Source: Dimorphilus gyrociliatus
Lineage: Eukaryota; Animalia; Annelida
Assembly (NCBI GenBank): GCA_904063045.1
Contig: CAJFCJ010000150.1
Coordinates: 1 to 33,411, forward strand
Reading direction: 5' to 3'
DNA length: 33,411 nucleotides
Part shown: one piece after another, positions 9,201 through 18,876 of the stretch
Layout: every line of letters starts with the position of its first letter
Numbering within the stretch: the first letter of the stretch is position 1
Translations under genes and position numbers: made by a program
The notes under the pieces: model-generated
What the model saw: the letters and a program-made list of their open reading frames with translations, nothing else
What the model was told of the DNA's origin: nothing
The model's database searches: none

Positions 9201-12141
9201 ATTACCAATAATTCAAACATGCTTAAACCAAATTCCAGTGGGAAGCACAGGCAAAACTCCACATGAAATATTATTTGGATTGAAGAATAGGAATGTCTTA
9301 GATTTGTTAATGGAAGTTCCAAGATTAGAACCAACAACAAAATTTCTATTTGATAGAAAGCATGAAATGGAAGAAATAAGAGCTACTGCATTGTGCAAAT
9401 CTGTCATGAAAAAGAAGGCATATAGAGATAGAGTAAACAAAACTATCACAAGAAAACCCCCAACTTACCAAATTGGTGAATGGGTACACATAAAAAATGA
9501 ACACATTGGTCAAGGAATGAATAGGATAAATACAAGCAAATGGAGTGGACCATACATTGTAACTGCTACTGATACTACAAAATGTCTTTATGAATTGGAA
9601 ATATTAAATGGCAAAAGAAAATTCTACCATGCTAGTAGACTAAGATTGGCTAACAAACAACCAACTAGAGTTAACACACTCAAGGTAGAGAAACAAGAAA
9701 GGAAAGTTGGAACACTTCCTATAAGAGGATCCATTGTTTACACTCTGCTAGCGCTATGCTTATTAAACTTGGTTCAGGGAAATGTATCAATAACAAAAGC
9801 AAACATAACTGTGAGAATGCTTCCTTCAGTACAATTCTGTCAAGGGCAACAAGTACATCAGTCATTTGATCTGGCTGATGAACCAATTTGCACATTCAAA
9901 ACTAAACAAATGACCAAAATAATGGCAAATATTTATGAAATTAAAGCTGATAATTTGGCAATACAAGCTGTTAAGTGTTTGGTAAAGAGAAGAATCAACT
10001 TTTACACTCATTACTTCTTTGGAGCAAAGAAACACAGAGTTGAAAAACAAACACTTACCTTAAGTGACAAACAATGCAGAAAAATGTTATTGTCAAAAAA
10101 GACCTTAAATGGACAAAAACTCATTGAAAAAGGAAACCTTCTAATGTACAATGAAAACAAAGGATCAAACTACAAATGGCCAAGAACAACAGTGGTTGAA
10201 GAATTTACAACAATTCTCCAAATTGGCAAAGCTTATTGGCACCCAAGTCAGGATAAGATAACAACCAACTTGGAATATTTAGAGGACTGTTCTATCAAAC
10301 ATAAATTTTGTAGAACTCTGGATTCCATTATTATTTTCAATCCTCAGAAAGGACAAAATCTCCTTGGTCATGAATCCCCATGGAAAGCAGTATCCTACAA
10401 TGTAGAGTGCATTAAGCTTGGAGGATATTTTTCATGTCCCAACTATGCAATAATGGATTTACCTTATCAAGATAGATATATCAAAGGATATGGTGGTCCT
10501 GGAACAAGAATTTTAGTACCCCAGAAGGAATACGACTTATTAAGAACTGATCTTACAAATTCAAATTATGCTGATAACAGAATGATGGCAGATATCAAAT
10601 ATAAAATCATTTCAAACAAAGAAGTTGCAAGATTGCAGAATTATGATGGAAAGATATCAACTTTGAGAAAAGCAAATAATACAGAAATACAAAATATACT
10701 AACCTATAATGATTGGTATAGAGGTGGTGACAAGACTTATCATATGCTGATCAAAAATCATGTAACACCACTGGTTAGGACCTGGATGGTCAGAGAAATA
10801 ATCTCACCTGATATATGGGATATTAACAACAAATACATACTCAAAATGTTGAAAACAACCAAAATGGAACCTGCTAGAATGGCAAAAGCAGAAGATTTTG
10901 AACTCAACAAGAAGAAAATTAGTTTCAATCCCTTACCAAGACTGGACACTTGGTACCAAAGTCCAAAAGATAAACAATTTCAAACACATCAAGCAAATGG
11001 AAAATTTACACTTTTGCAAAGAACACCAAAGAAGCATGAATGGAGGAGAAGAGTATCAGAAAGCATACAGATGCCAAAATTTCACAAAATAGACATAGCA
11101 GATGCTATTCGAACATCTGCTTTATTAAATAACATTGATAAAAATTTCCAAAATTTACAAACAGTTTTCAAACAAGTATCACAACTTCTATGCAAAGAAT
11201 TCATTATGAGAAACAAGATGGTAGCATTACTCACACCATTGGCACCTCAACTACCAACAATACTTGGATCTAAGCATGGAATGCACAGTACATGGCTTGG
11301 TGATCTAACAACCTTAAATACTTGTACAGAATTAAAATCAGTTCAAGTAGTGTGTGATACAACAATTATCACCAAAAATGGATTATGCTCCAAAGAATTT
11401 CTCATCAAGTATAAAGATCTCTTATTCTCAGTTGATCCAATACTCCATCATGCTTACCACATAACAAAAGAAGATATAAGATATGGAGATTGTGACCAAA
11501 CACAACACCTGTTCAAAATTAAGAAAAACCCACTGGACATTGAACACAATCAACAAGCAATGTATTCTGGAAAGAAAACATTCATCTATTACACAAAGAA
11601 AGGATGCAGATTTCAGACTGCAGCAGCACAATCAATCAGAATGAAAATAAGCAATGAAATTGAAGAACCAAAATTAGAGGTTGCTAGACTTACTGAGTTA
11701 ATACAGCTTGGTATAAAAGAGGATGTTGGTAAGAAGCAACAACAAGTTCAACAAGTTTTAGAATACATTCAAGACACTTTAACAAGACATAAAGAGCACA
11801 TAAACTTTGCTAATGATTTGGGCATTGATGCTGCTTTGTCTAAAACTGAACATATATTCTCATCATGGGCCAGGACACCTTACAAAACACTCATCAACAT
11901 ACTTCTTCCAATAACAATAATCATTGGAATTGGGATTCTGATTTGGTTTCTTTGGAAGAAAGACTGGAAAAGAGTACACTTCACCAAGCTAGCTAAGCTT
12001 TTAGCTAGAAAAGAAAAGTTACCTACAGCCCCAACAGCTGAACCAGAAGAAATACCACTACAAACTTATCCAACATTCAAAAAGGATGGTGACACACTGA
12101 TTGTTTCAAGCCCAAGACCTTTCGTGGAAGCAAGGTCTTAA
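6274..12141 (+). CDS. Pol-Env polyprotein, 5'-partial, ~1,950 aa if three single-A losses are corrected
   Basis: The 1592-aa ORF 7363-12141 runs without a stop from the YMDD motif through RNase H, integrase and env. The upstream pieces (6274-6363, 6366-6575, 6566-7426) each join by a -1 shift at A-runs 6361-6363, 6563-6566 and 7344-7346. Confidence 0.85.
6872..7640 (+). other. Reverse transcriptase domain
   Basis: Motifs KQRPYRLP, SQWASPIVFVKKK, RMCVDYRKLN, LDLTSAFHHI, TAFITPFGLFEFNRMPFGLANAP, YMDD (7360-7371), KLSKCAF and FLGHRI. Confidence 0.97.
7801..8166 (+). other. RNase H domain
   Basis: Motifs FYLTTDASNYAVGAVL, ISFASK, YAAYQKEAFAVYWAV, LYTDHQNL and YIPGRTNRADWISR. Confidence 0.95.
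8635..9651 (+). other. Integrase (HHCC zinc finger, D,D35E core, GPY/F tail; no chromodomain)
   Basis: HQHQIFEH...CKFC, then IAMDIMGP, then TDQG followed by 35 residues to the E of SNGMVE, then YQIGEWV...WSGPYIV. Confidence 0.96.
9727..12141 (+). other. Env-like type I membrane glycoprotein, predicted class III fusion protein (gB/G/gp64 fold)
   Basis: Hydrophobic signal-like segment GSIVYTLLALCLLNLVQG (9727-9780) and N-glycosylation sequons NVS and NIT. Cys-rich ectodomain with fusion-loop-like HYFFG (10015-10023 for FFG) and YKWP (10171-10182). gB-like core LLC...STWLGDLTTLNTC...GLCSKEFLIKYK...YGDC. TM helix at 11899-11955; cytoplasmic tail with YPTF. Confidence 0.8.
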
Positions 12142-12151
12142 AGGAGTGGGA
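12140..12151 (+). other. Polypurine tract overlapping the env stop codon
   Basis: TAA(12139-12141)AGGAGTGGGA, then TGTT, then the LTR start. Confidence 0.85.
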
Positions 12152-12325
12152 TGTTTGTACACATTTAGGCAGTTTGTAGGTACTAAACACATAAGCTCGT
12201 AACCAGGCTCACAAACTCACACAATACACCCAAATTGTTACATTTCATTCATCAATGGAAAGCAATATTGAAAGAGTATTATAGAGTACTTTACACACCT
12301 AAAACTACAACATACACTATTTAAA

Positions 12326-12354
12326 CTAAGTTGTAAAAGTATTTTACAACTTAG
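12326..12354. other. Perfect 13-bp-stem hairpin in LTR U3
   Basis: CTAAGTTGTAAAA-GTA-TTTTACAACTTAG, present in all four LTR copies (one mismatch in copy C). Confidence 0.9.
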
Positions 12355-12813
12355 ATGTTAACCCTAATTATTATACACATCATATTTAATGAATATTAAT
12401 TATATGTTCCACTATTCTATTTATATTTGGAGCTTTTAGATTATTGTCACTTTTCAACAGTATTGTATGCACAATACTATATTGAATGATTAAGTTTAAT
12501 ACTTTTATCCTACCAGTCCTTTACACAGAAACATATTATCTTACACAAACAATTATTATTAATAATTTGTTGTATATTAAAACGGCATCAAGTTGACCTT
12601 TTCCTATTTTTGTGTTTTGGAATCAATCCAACTTCTATTAATAATTGTTACATCTTAGGCAACTTTCTGACCTACTAAAATAGGGAGCAAAAGTTCTCCA
12701 AGATAAAGAAAAAGTAACAAACATGGAAGTATATTTGAACTTTCCCTTTATCCAAATTGTTACATTTGTTTGTGTGAATATTTTTATCCGTGAACTGTGA
12801 ACTATTGGAAAAG

Positions 12814-12847
12814 TATATAAACCCTACGAATTTAACAGTAGTCAGTT
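12814..12847 (+). promoter_or_regulatory. LTR core promoter: TATA box plus TCAGT initiator
   Basis: TATATAAA at 12814-12821 and TCAGTT at 12842-12847, with the Inr A exactly 30 nt after the TATA start. This implies a U3/R boundary near 12844. Confidence 0.7.
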
Positions 12848-13109
12848 CAGTTTTCTAACCATCAGCTGGTTGTTCAAACTTGCTTGTTTAGAACTAGAAA
12901 CTCATTTACTCAAATACATATTCTTTGAATGAAATACTGGTGTTTGTTGGTTAATTTTTACTGGAATTACATTTATTAAGACTACTTGTGGACGAACTTG
13001 AAAGGTTCTATTTGGACCAGTACTTTGGCACATTGGTAAATGATTGGAGAGGACGAATTTGATAGTGACGAGCTAGGACTTCCTACAATTACAATACAAC
13101 AAAGTACAG

Positions 13110-14090
13110 AAATATAAACATTTTCAAATATGTTATCAGGTCCTCCTGAAAGAATCAATTTCTGTATACATATCACATGATCATTATGTCATACCTCTTT
13201 TACAGCTTATAATAACTCCATATACAAGGATATTTTTCATGAAATCCAGCCTGAAGAAAACATCACTATCCCTTTCAATTGAAACTACTGTTTCATAATT
13301 TTCATTCTTAAGTAATGATATTGAAAATGTTTCATCAAAACTATTCAAATGGGACAAGTTGATAATTTGAAAATCTAGACAAACATTTCAGAAGGAATTA
13401 TCATAGAATAAACAAACTAACATTTCAGAATTGTAACAAACCTCTCTTTTCAACAAGTTCACCATAGACTTTAACATCACACATTCCAATATATTTATTA
13501 AAATGTTGACTTTTTATTTGTAGAAAAGATCCAATAGCATCAGCTGAACAATTTAAACATTCATAATCATTTAGAAAATTTACGCTTTTCTTCACAGGTG
13601 TACTTCCCCAACTACCGCAAAGTTTATCCTGCTCATCCGCATTATAGGGAGATTGTTTTAGTAAAATATCAAAATTTTTCAACAAGGAAACTGAAATATT
13701 TGAAATAGAGATATAAAAGCTAGGCAAAAATCTTAAGAACTATGTTAATACAAAGGTGATGATCTCCTCTATTTAATAAGCATACAGAAGTTATTCTGAA
13801 TATATCTATTAAATCCACCATCCACCAACTCTTTTCATCTGTTAAGCTATGAGTATAACTACATTGGTAACCTCCACTATCATGACCATTTATAATTTTA
13901 GCATTATTTGCTTTATATCCATAAAATTGAGTTGTACTTTGATAGGTTGGTAAACCTCTTATAAGATTATTTTCTTCATTTGGTTCACCAATTACAAATT
14001 CTGTTTATTTTTAAAATATTAAAATCATTATTTTCTTATAATTTTCAAAAAACAACCTGATAATTGGCAAATTAATATTATTATCAACAT
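13110..14090 (-). CDS. Secreted F-type lectin (fucolectin/FTP) domain protein; one frameshift; 3' end runs up to LTR B
   Basis: Exon 14090-14057 (MLIIILICQLS) splices GT-AG in frame to the exon starting at 14000: EFVIGEPNEENNLIRGLPTYQS...YTHSLTDEKSWWMVDL...NRGD. After a 1-nt shift near 13740 it continues ...LCGSW...C..AIGSFLQI...MCDVKVYG. Further exons lie at about 13376-13110. Confidence 0.75.
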
Positions 14091-15159
14091 TATAACGTTA
14101 TAATTATATCAGTAAAAAAACAGACTAACACTTCCGTAAAGTAGACATTTTGAATAAACAACAAAGCAATGAATATTTTTTTTCAATTTTACAGCACAAT
14201 AAATATTTTATAAAGTTCAAAGCTGGAAAATCAATTTAAGATAATCTATGGAATGAGTGATAGCAGCATTCTTAATGAAGATGAAATATTAAAATTCTTA
14301 CAATGTTGGAGTATGATATAATTGCAAAATATAATTAATTTTTTTATGGATATTATTGGCTAGGGTAAATTTTAGTGTTAGGGTAAAAGCATTGATTTGT
14401 GGCCATTTTTTACAGCATTCAAATTTCTAGACTTTAGTAGATGTGGGTTAATTAATATTAATATTCAAATATTTAAAAATTTAGGTGACCAATCCTCAAT
14501 TATTTGTGTCTTGTATGAAAAGTAAAAATGTTTATTCTATTCTCGGAATTCCACCTTCTCATTACTAGTTTGGGTTTGTTAAGAGGGAAAACGTTACAAC
14601 TTTTAAAATCTGCAAAGTTTAATTTTTAAAAATTACTTTACTAAGTTCCATCGTCATTAAGTATTGTATGTTTAATCATGATTTTCAAAATTCATATATT
14701 AATTGGAAAAAGAGAGAAGCAATCTTATTAACAGATTTTTATGGATGTCAACTGTCCATCACAACAACTAATATGCTATCTTGTATTAGGTGTCAGCCTA
14801 TTAGTGTTCTTCTCAAGTTTATCTTAAGATTTTGTTTATAAGCTGAATGAAGAGAAAAAGAATCAGTTGAAACTTTCAAAAACATTTTTTTTATTTATAT
14901 AATTTATTTTTTAATGAGTACTTAACAATAGCATTTTACACTGGGTATGCATAATTCCATTATACATATACGGCACAATGCACATATGCATGTGAGCATA
15001 CAAAATTCTTACAGATAAATGTAATGAATTTAGCATTAATTATAGAACTACACTAGTCCAGCTTCAACCACTTAAGAACATTAATTTAGCTGCCAGCTAA
15101 AAAGTATCAAAAGGTCAAATTCAACTATTGTTGACTTTTGGATCAGTTCCAAATTCTCA

Positions 15160-16453
15160 CATTCAATGATTGAATTGAATGTTACCAAAATTGTTGCATC
15201 TTGCAAAAGAAGCTGACCATCTAAAGTTATCTGATCTAATTACTCAGGATGAATGAAACCAATAAAAGATGGAACCATTTTTAGAACTTTCAATTGAAGC
15301 TTCCTTATTTAGTTCATCTACCATTTGGTAAAAAGAGCCTTTGGCTAAGACGTACTGTTCAATCTTCTGTGCCAAGCATCAGCTTCATTGTTTGTTCTGA
15401 TACTATAACCAAACCTAGACCATTGTTGAAGTTGCCAAATTGAATTTTCAATCCATTGAAATTTAACATAATCTACCAAATCAGAATATCTGTTTGTTGC
15501 TTAAAAATCATTCTCAATTAAATTGAAGATTCTTGGTATGGTAGAAGAAGGAAGAAATGGCAATTCAAAGTTCTTTTTTAATGTTGACTTCCCATTATTC
15601 ATGTTTGACTGATAATCTTTACTGTATCCCAAATTCTAAAAATATAGATAATAAAGTTAAACTGTAGCAAAATTAACATATTCACCTTACCTGAATTTTT
15701 CTGTACATAGCTTGGCTCCAATGAAATGAACACTCTCCTATGGATACTACTGGATAAATAGATTTCAGAGCTTTCCAAAGTCCTTTTTCAAAATCAACAA
15801 CTACCTCCTCTGGCATTGAATCATCAGTCAGTCATTTAATCTCCTGCAGACAAAAAAAGACAAGCACAGAAAATGAGTTATGCAATATTTTTTATAGACA
15901 AATTATACCTTTAATACATATTTGTAAGCTCTTGACTTTGCTAATGATATAAACACAAACATAAATGGCACTTACACTTACATTACTATTCCTTCCTTTT
16001 CATTATAGAAATCTTTTTGAAGAAAGCCATCTGTAAAAATGCCATTTTTAGATCAAAATTTAATGTTTGCGGTTCAACTGGGCAAATGTTTTGTCTTGTC
16101 AAATTAGCTAGGTGCTGTAAATTTTCCAGTTTAGAAAGTTAGTCGACTTTTTTGCTGTAATAGAACAGTACAGTTTCAGCAATCACTTTTCCTGATGACT
16201 TTAAATCAGTTAAACAAATTTCTCTCAAGTCTGTTCTTGTTTTGATTTCCATTGATAATCTATTTTGTTTTTCATGACAATGTTCCAGTGTGCTTTCAAA
16301 AAATGTTGCTGATTTTTGTATTTCTCTTGCTTGTGGTGTTAACTGGGGCATAGTAGAGTTTATCGCTATGGAAATGTTATTATTACTACTACTACTACTA
16401 ATTGTTGTGTTTCTATCAGAGTTGTTGCTAGTGGGGAATTTAAAAAAAACCAT
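15160..16453 (-). mobile_element. Decayed Mutator-like (MULE) transposase with introns
   Basis: Minus-strand pieces VPFMFVFISLAKSRAYKYVLK, MPEEVVVDFEKGLWKALKSIYPVVSIGECSFHWSQAMYRKIQ, WIENSIW...IRTNNEADAWHRRLN and LFYQMVDELNKEA carry the MULE DFE, CxFH and RTNNxxExWH motifs. Stops and frameshifts are present; TIRs were not found. Confidence 0.85.
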
Positions 16454-17400
16454 AGGTAAAAAATAGATATTTCTTGAAAAATTAATTCTTTTTATTTAAT
16501 CTCAGGCTTTTCATTCATAGTAGTCAAAATGGAAAAGTATTTTATAAATGAAAGTAGCATAGCATTTTATTATCTTTCTGTAAGTAATCACTATCCAATT
16601 GGTTTTGAAATTGAATCTAAATTGGAATGTTCATGTGAGAATGATGTCACATGCCAGAACCTATATTAGGATATTTTTCCCAAGTAGATTTATATTAGCA
16701 TAGGTTTTTTTTAGTTTTTAGACATAAAATATACATATATATTTTAGAATGACAAAAGAGCATGAACACTATCATAAATGGGATGCTAGTGTACATGTCA
16801 CATGTGTAATGTTTTTGACACTATATAATAACATGTTTGTGTATCCTCTTCATTGAAAAATCAGGTGAAATAATATAAAAAGGGTCATAGTTGAACAATT
16901 TCAATAGTGAATAAACTCTCTAAACTTAGAATAAAAGTAGAATTGAATGTTGATTTCATTGGTCACAGGTTATATTTAGAATAAAGGGAGCTGGGAATTG
17001 ATGAAAATGATAATGATTCTAGCATTTTGCCACCTAGCTTTTTTGTTGGAATATATGTCTAAAACCAAAATAGAAAATTCATTTTGTCTTCTAGAGATGT
17101 GCACTTCAGTTTGATATAGATGCTCTTTTTTATTCACAAGAAGAAAGGTTTGTCTATTCAATTAACAAGTTCAATCTGTCAGAAGCTTGGCTATAGTTCA
17201 TTCTTTTCTTTTCCTAATTATTATAAAATGAATTGATAGAACTAGAGGAGTATTTGAAATTTCAACATTTCGTGTAAGATGATTTCAAAGTATGTGAAAT
17301 TACATTATATATATTTTTAATAATCCAGTCAGAGTGTTACCTTTCATTAAGGTACTAAATTCTAAAAAATCTTTTTGATATTGATATTTCAAATAATAAA

Positions 17401-18309
17401 TGTACTTTGTTGTATTGTAATTGTAGGAAGTCCTAGCTCGTTGCTATCAAATTCGTCCTCTCCAATCATTTACCAATGTGCCAAAGTACTGGTCCAAATA
17501 GAACCTTTCAAGTTCGTCCACAAGTAGTCTTAATAAATATAATTCCAGTAAAAATTAACCAACAAACACCAGTATTTCATTCAAAGAATATGTATTTGAG
17601 TAAATGAGTTTCTAGTTCTAAACAAGCAAGTTTGAAGAACCAGCTGATGGTTAGAAAACTGAACTGACTACTGTTAAATTCTAAGGGTTTATATACTTTT
17701 CCAATAGTTCACAGTTCACAGATAGAAATATTGACACAAACAAATGTAACAATTTGGATAAAGGGAAAGTTCAAATATACTTCCATGTTTGTTACTTTTT
17801 CTTTATCTTGGAGAACTTTTGCTCCCTATTTTAGTAGGTCAGAAAGTTGCCTAAGATGTAACAATTATTAATAGAAGTTGGATTGATTCCAAAACACAAA
17901 AATAGGAAAAGGTCAACTTGATGCCGTTTTAATATACAACAAATTATTAATAATAATTGTTTGTGTAAGATAATATGTTTCTGTGTAAAGGACTGTAGGA
18001 TAAAAGTATTAACTTAATNNNNNNNNNNAAAGCTCCAAATATAAATAGAATAGTGGAAGATATAATTAATATTCATTAAATATGATGTGTATAATAATTT
18101 GGGTTAACATCTAAGTTGTAAAATACTTTTACAACTTGGTTTAAATAGTGTATGTTGTAGTTTTAGGTGTGTAGAGTACTCTATAATACTCTTTCAATAT
18201 TGCTTTCCATTGATGAATGAAATGTAACAATTTGGGTGTATTGTGTGAATTTGTGAGCCTGGTTACGAGCTTATGTGTTTAGTACCTACAAACTGCCTAA
18301 ATGTGTACA
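17401..18309 (-). repeat. Solo-like LTR copy C (contains a 10-N gap)
   Basis: Both TGTAC/GTACA termini are present with no internal element sequence on either side. It carries about a dozen differences from copies A, B and D. Confidence 0.92.
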
Positions 18310-18876
18310 GTCATCAAGTGAAATATTTGACAGTATGATTTTGGATTGATTAGGAGGAGTAAAGTTGCTATTAATTTGTAGTTAGGGGGAGGGGCGGATT
18401 GACTATTAATTATAGACTAATGTAGTTTATCAGTTATTATGTCAACAAAGGGGGAAATAAAATGTTGTCCTCATACAATCATCTTATTTACACTGCTATA
18501 GTATTATAAATTTTTATTGTTACTTGAATGATGACATTATGTTTAGCTTTGAAATTCAATTACAAGCACAATATCAAGATTCAGATGTGGATTGCCAATA
18601 TGGTGTCATTTATCTTTCTCTCTCAAATAAGATAAATCCTACAATAATTTACTCAAACCGAGTGCAAAAAATTTATAATATTCTATTCCACAAATAGTAT
18701 GGTAGACAGTTAATGTTATTGATAAAATAATTGATTAATTGACAAGACTATAGGTAATTTAAATGAAATGAAAAGAAGAGCAAATATTCACTAGAAAAGT
18801 AATCAACATATCAATTTTTAGAGAGAAAAAATGTATATAAGAAGATTGAGAGAAAGAGAAAGAAAATGTAAAAAAA

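Larger units (their letters stand above)
6274..13108 (+). mobile_element. Ty3/Gypsy LTR retrotransposon with env-like gene; 5' LTR, PBS, gag and protease not assembled
   Basis: RT-RNaseH-IN order (Ty3/Gypsy), GPY/F integrase tail, env-like region, PPT and 3' LTR. Confidence 0.95.
12156..13108 (+). repeat. 3' LTR copy B (953 bp)
   Basis: TGTAC...GTACA termini. The start is defined by the end of copy C (18309); the end is shared with copies A, C and D. Confidence 0.95.

Noticed and set aside
4881-11631. Short antisense or alternate-frame ORFs in the element (4881-5108, 5422-5616, 5565-5756, 6383-6583, 9213-9449, 9862-10050, 10758-10949, 10898-11092, 11428-11631)
   Set aside because: Shadows of the long pol-env frame with no motifs; they recur only because the DNA is duplicated.
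12982-13176. ORF crossing the LTR/flank junction as a chimeric gene
   Set aside because: A short chance read-through from flank into antisense LTR with no supporting features.
16380-16402. (TAC)n microsatellite
   Set aside because: A short triplet run encoding Ser/Asn within the MULE remnant; unremarkable.
18380-18402. GGGGGAGGGGCGG as a PPT or GC box
   Set aside because: No LTR follows it, and a single short motif about 480 bp from the lectin ATG is not enough to call a promoter.
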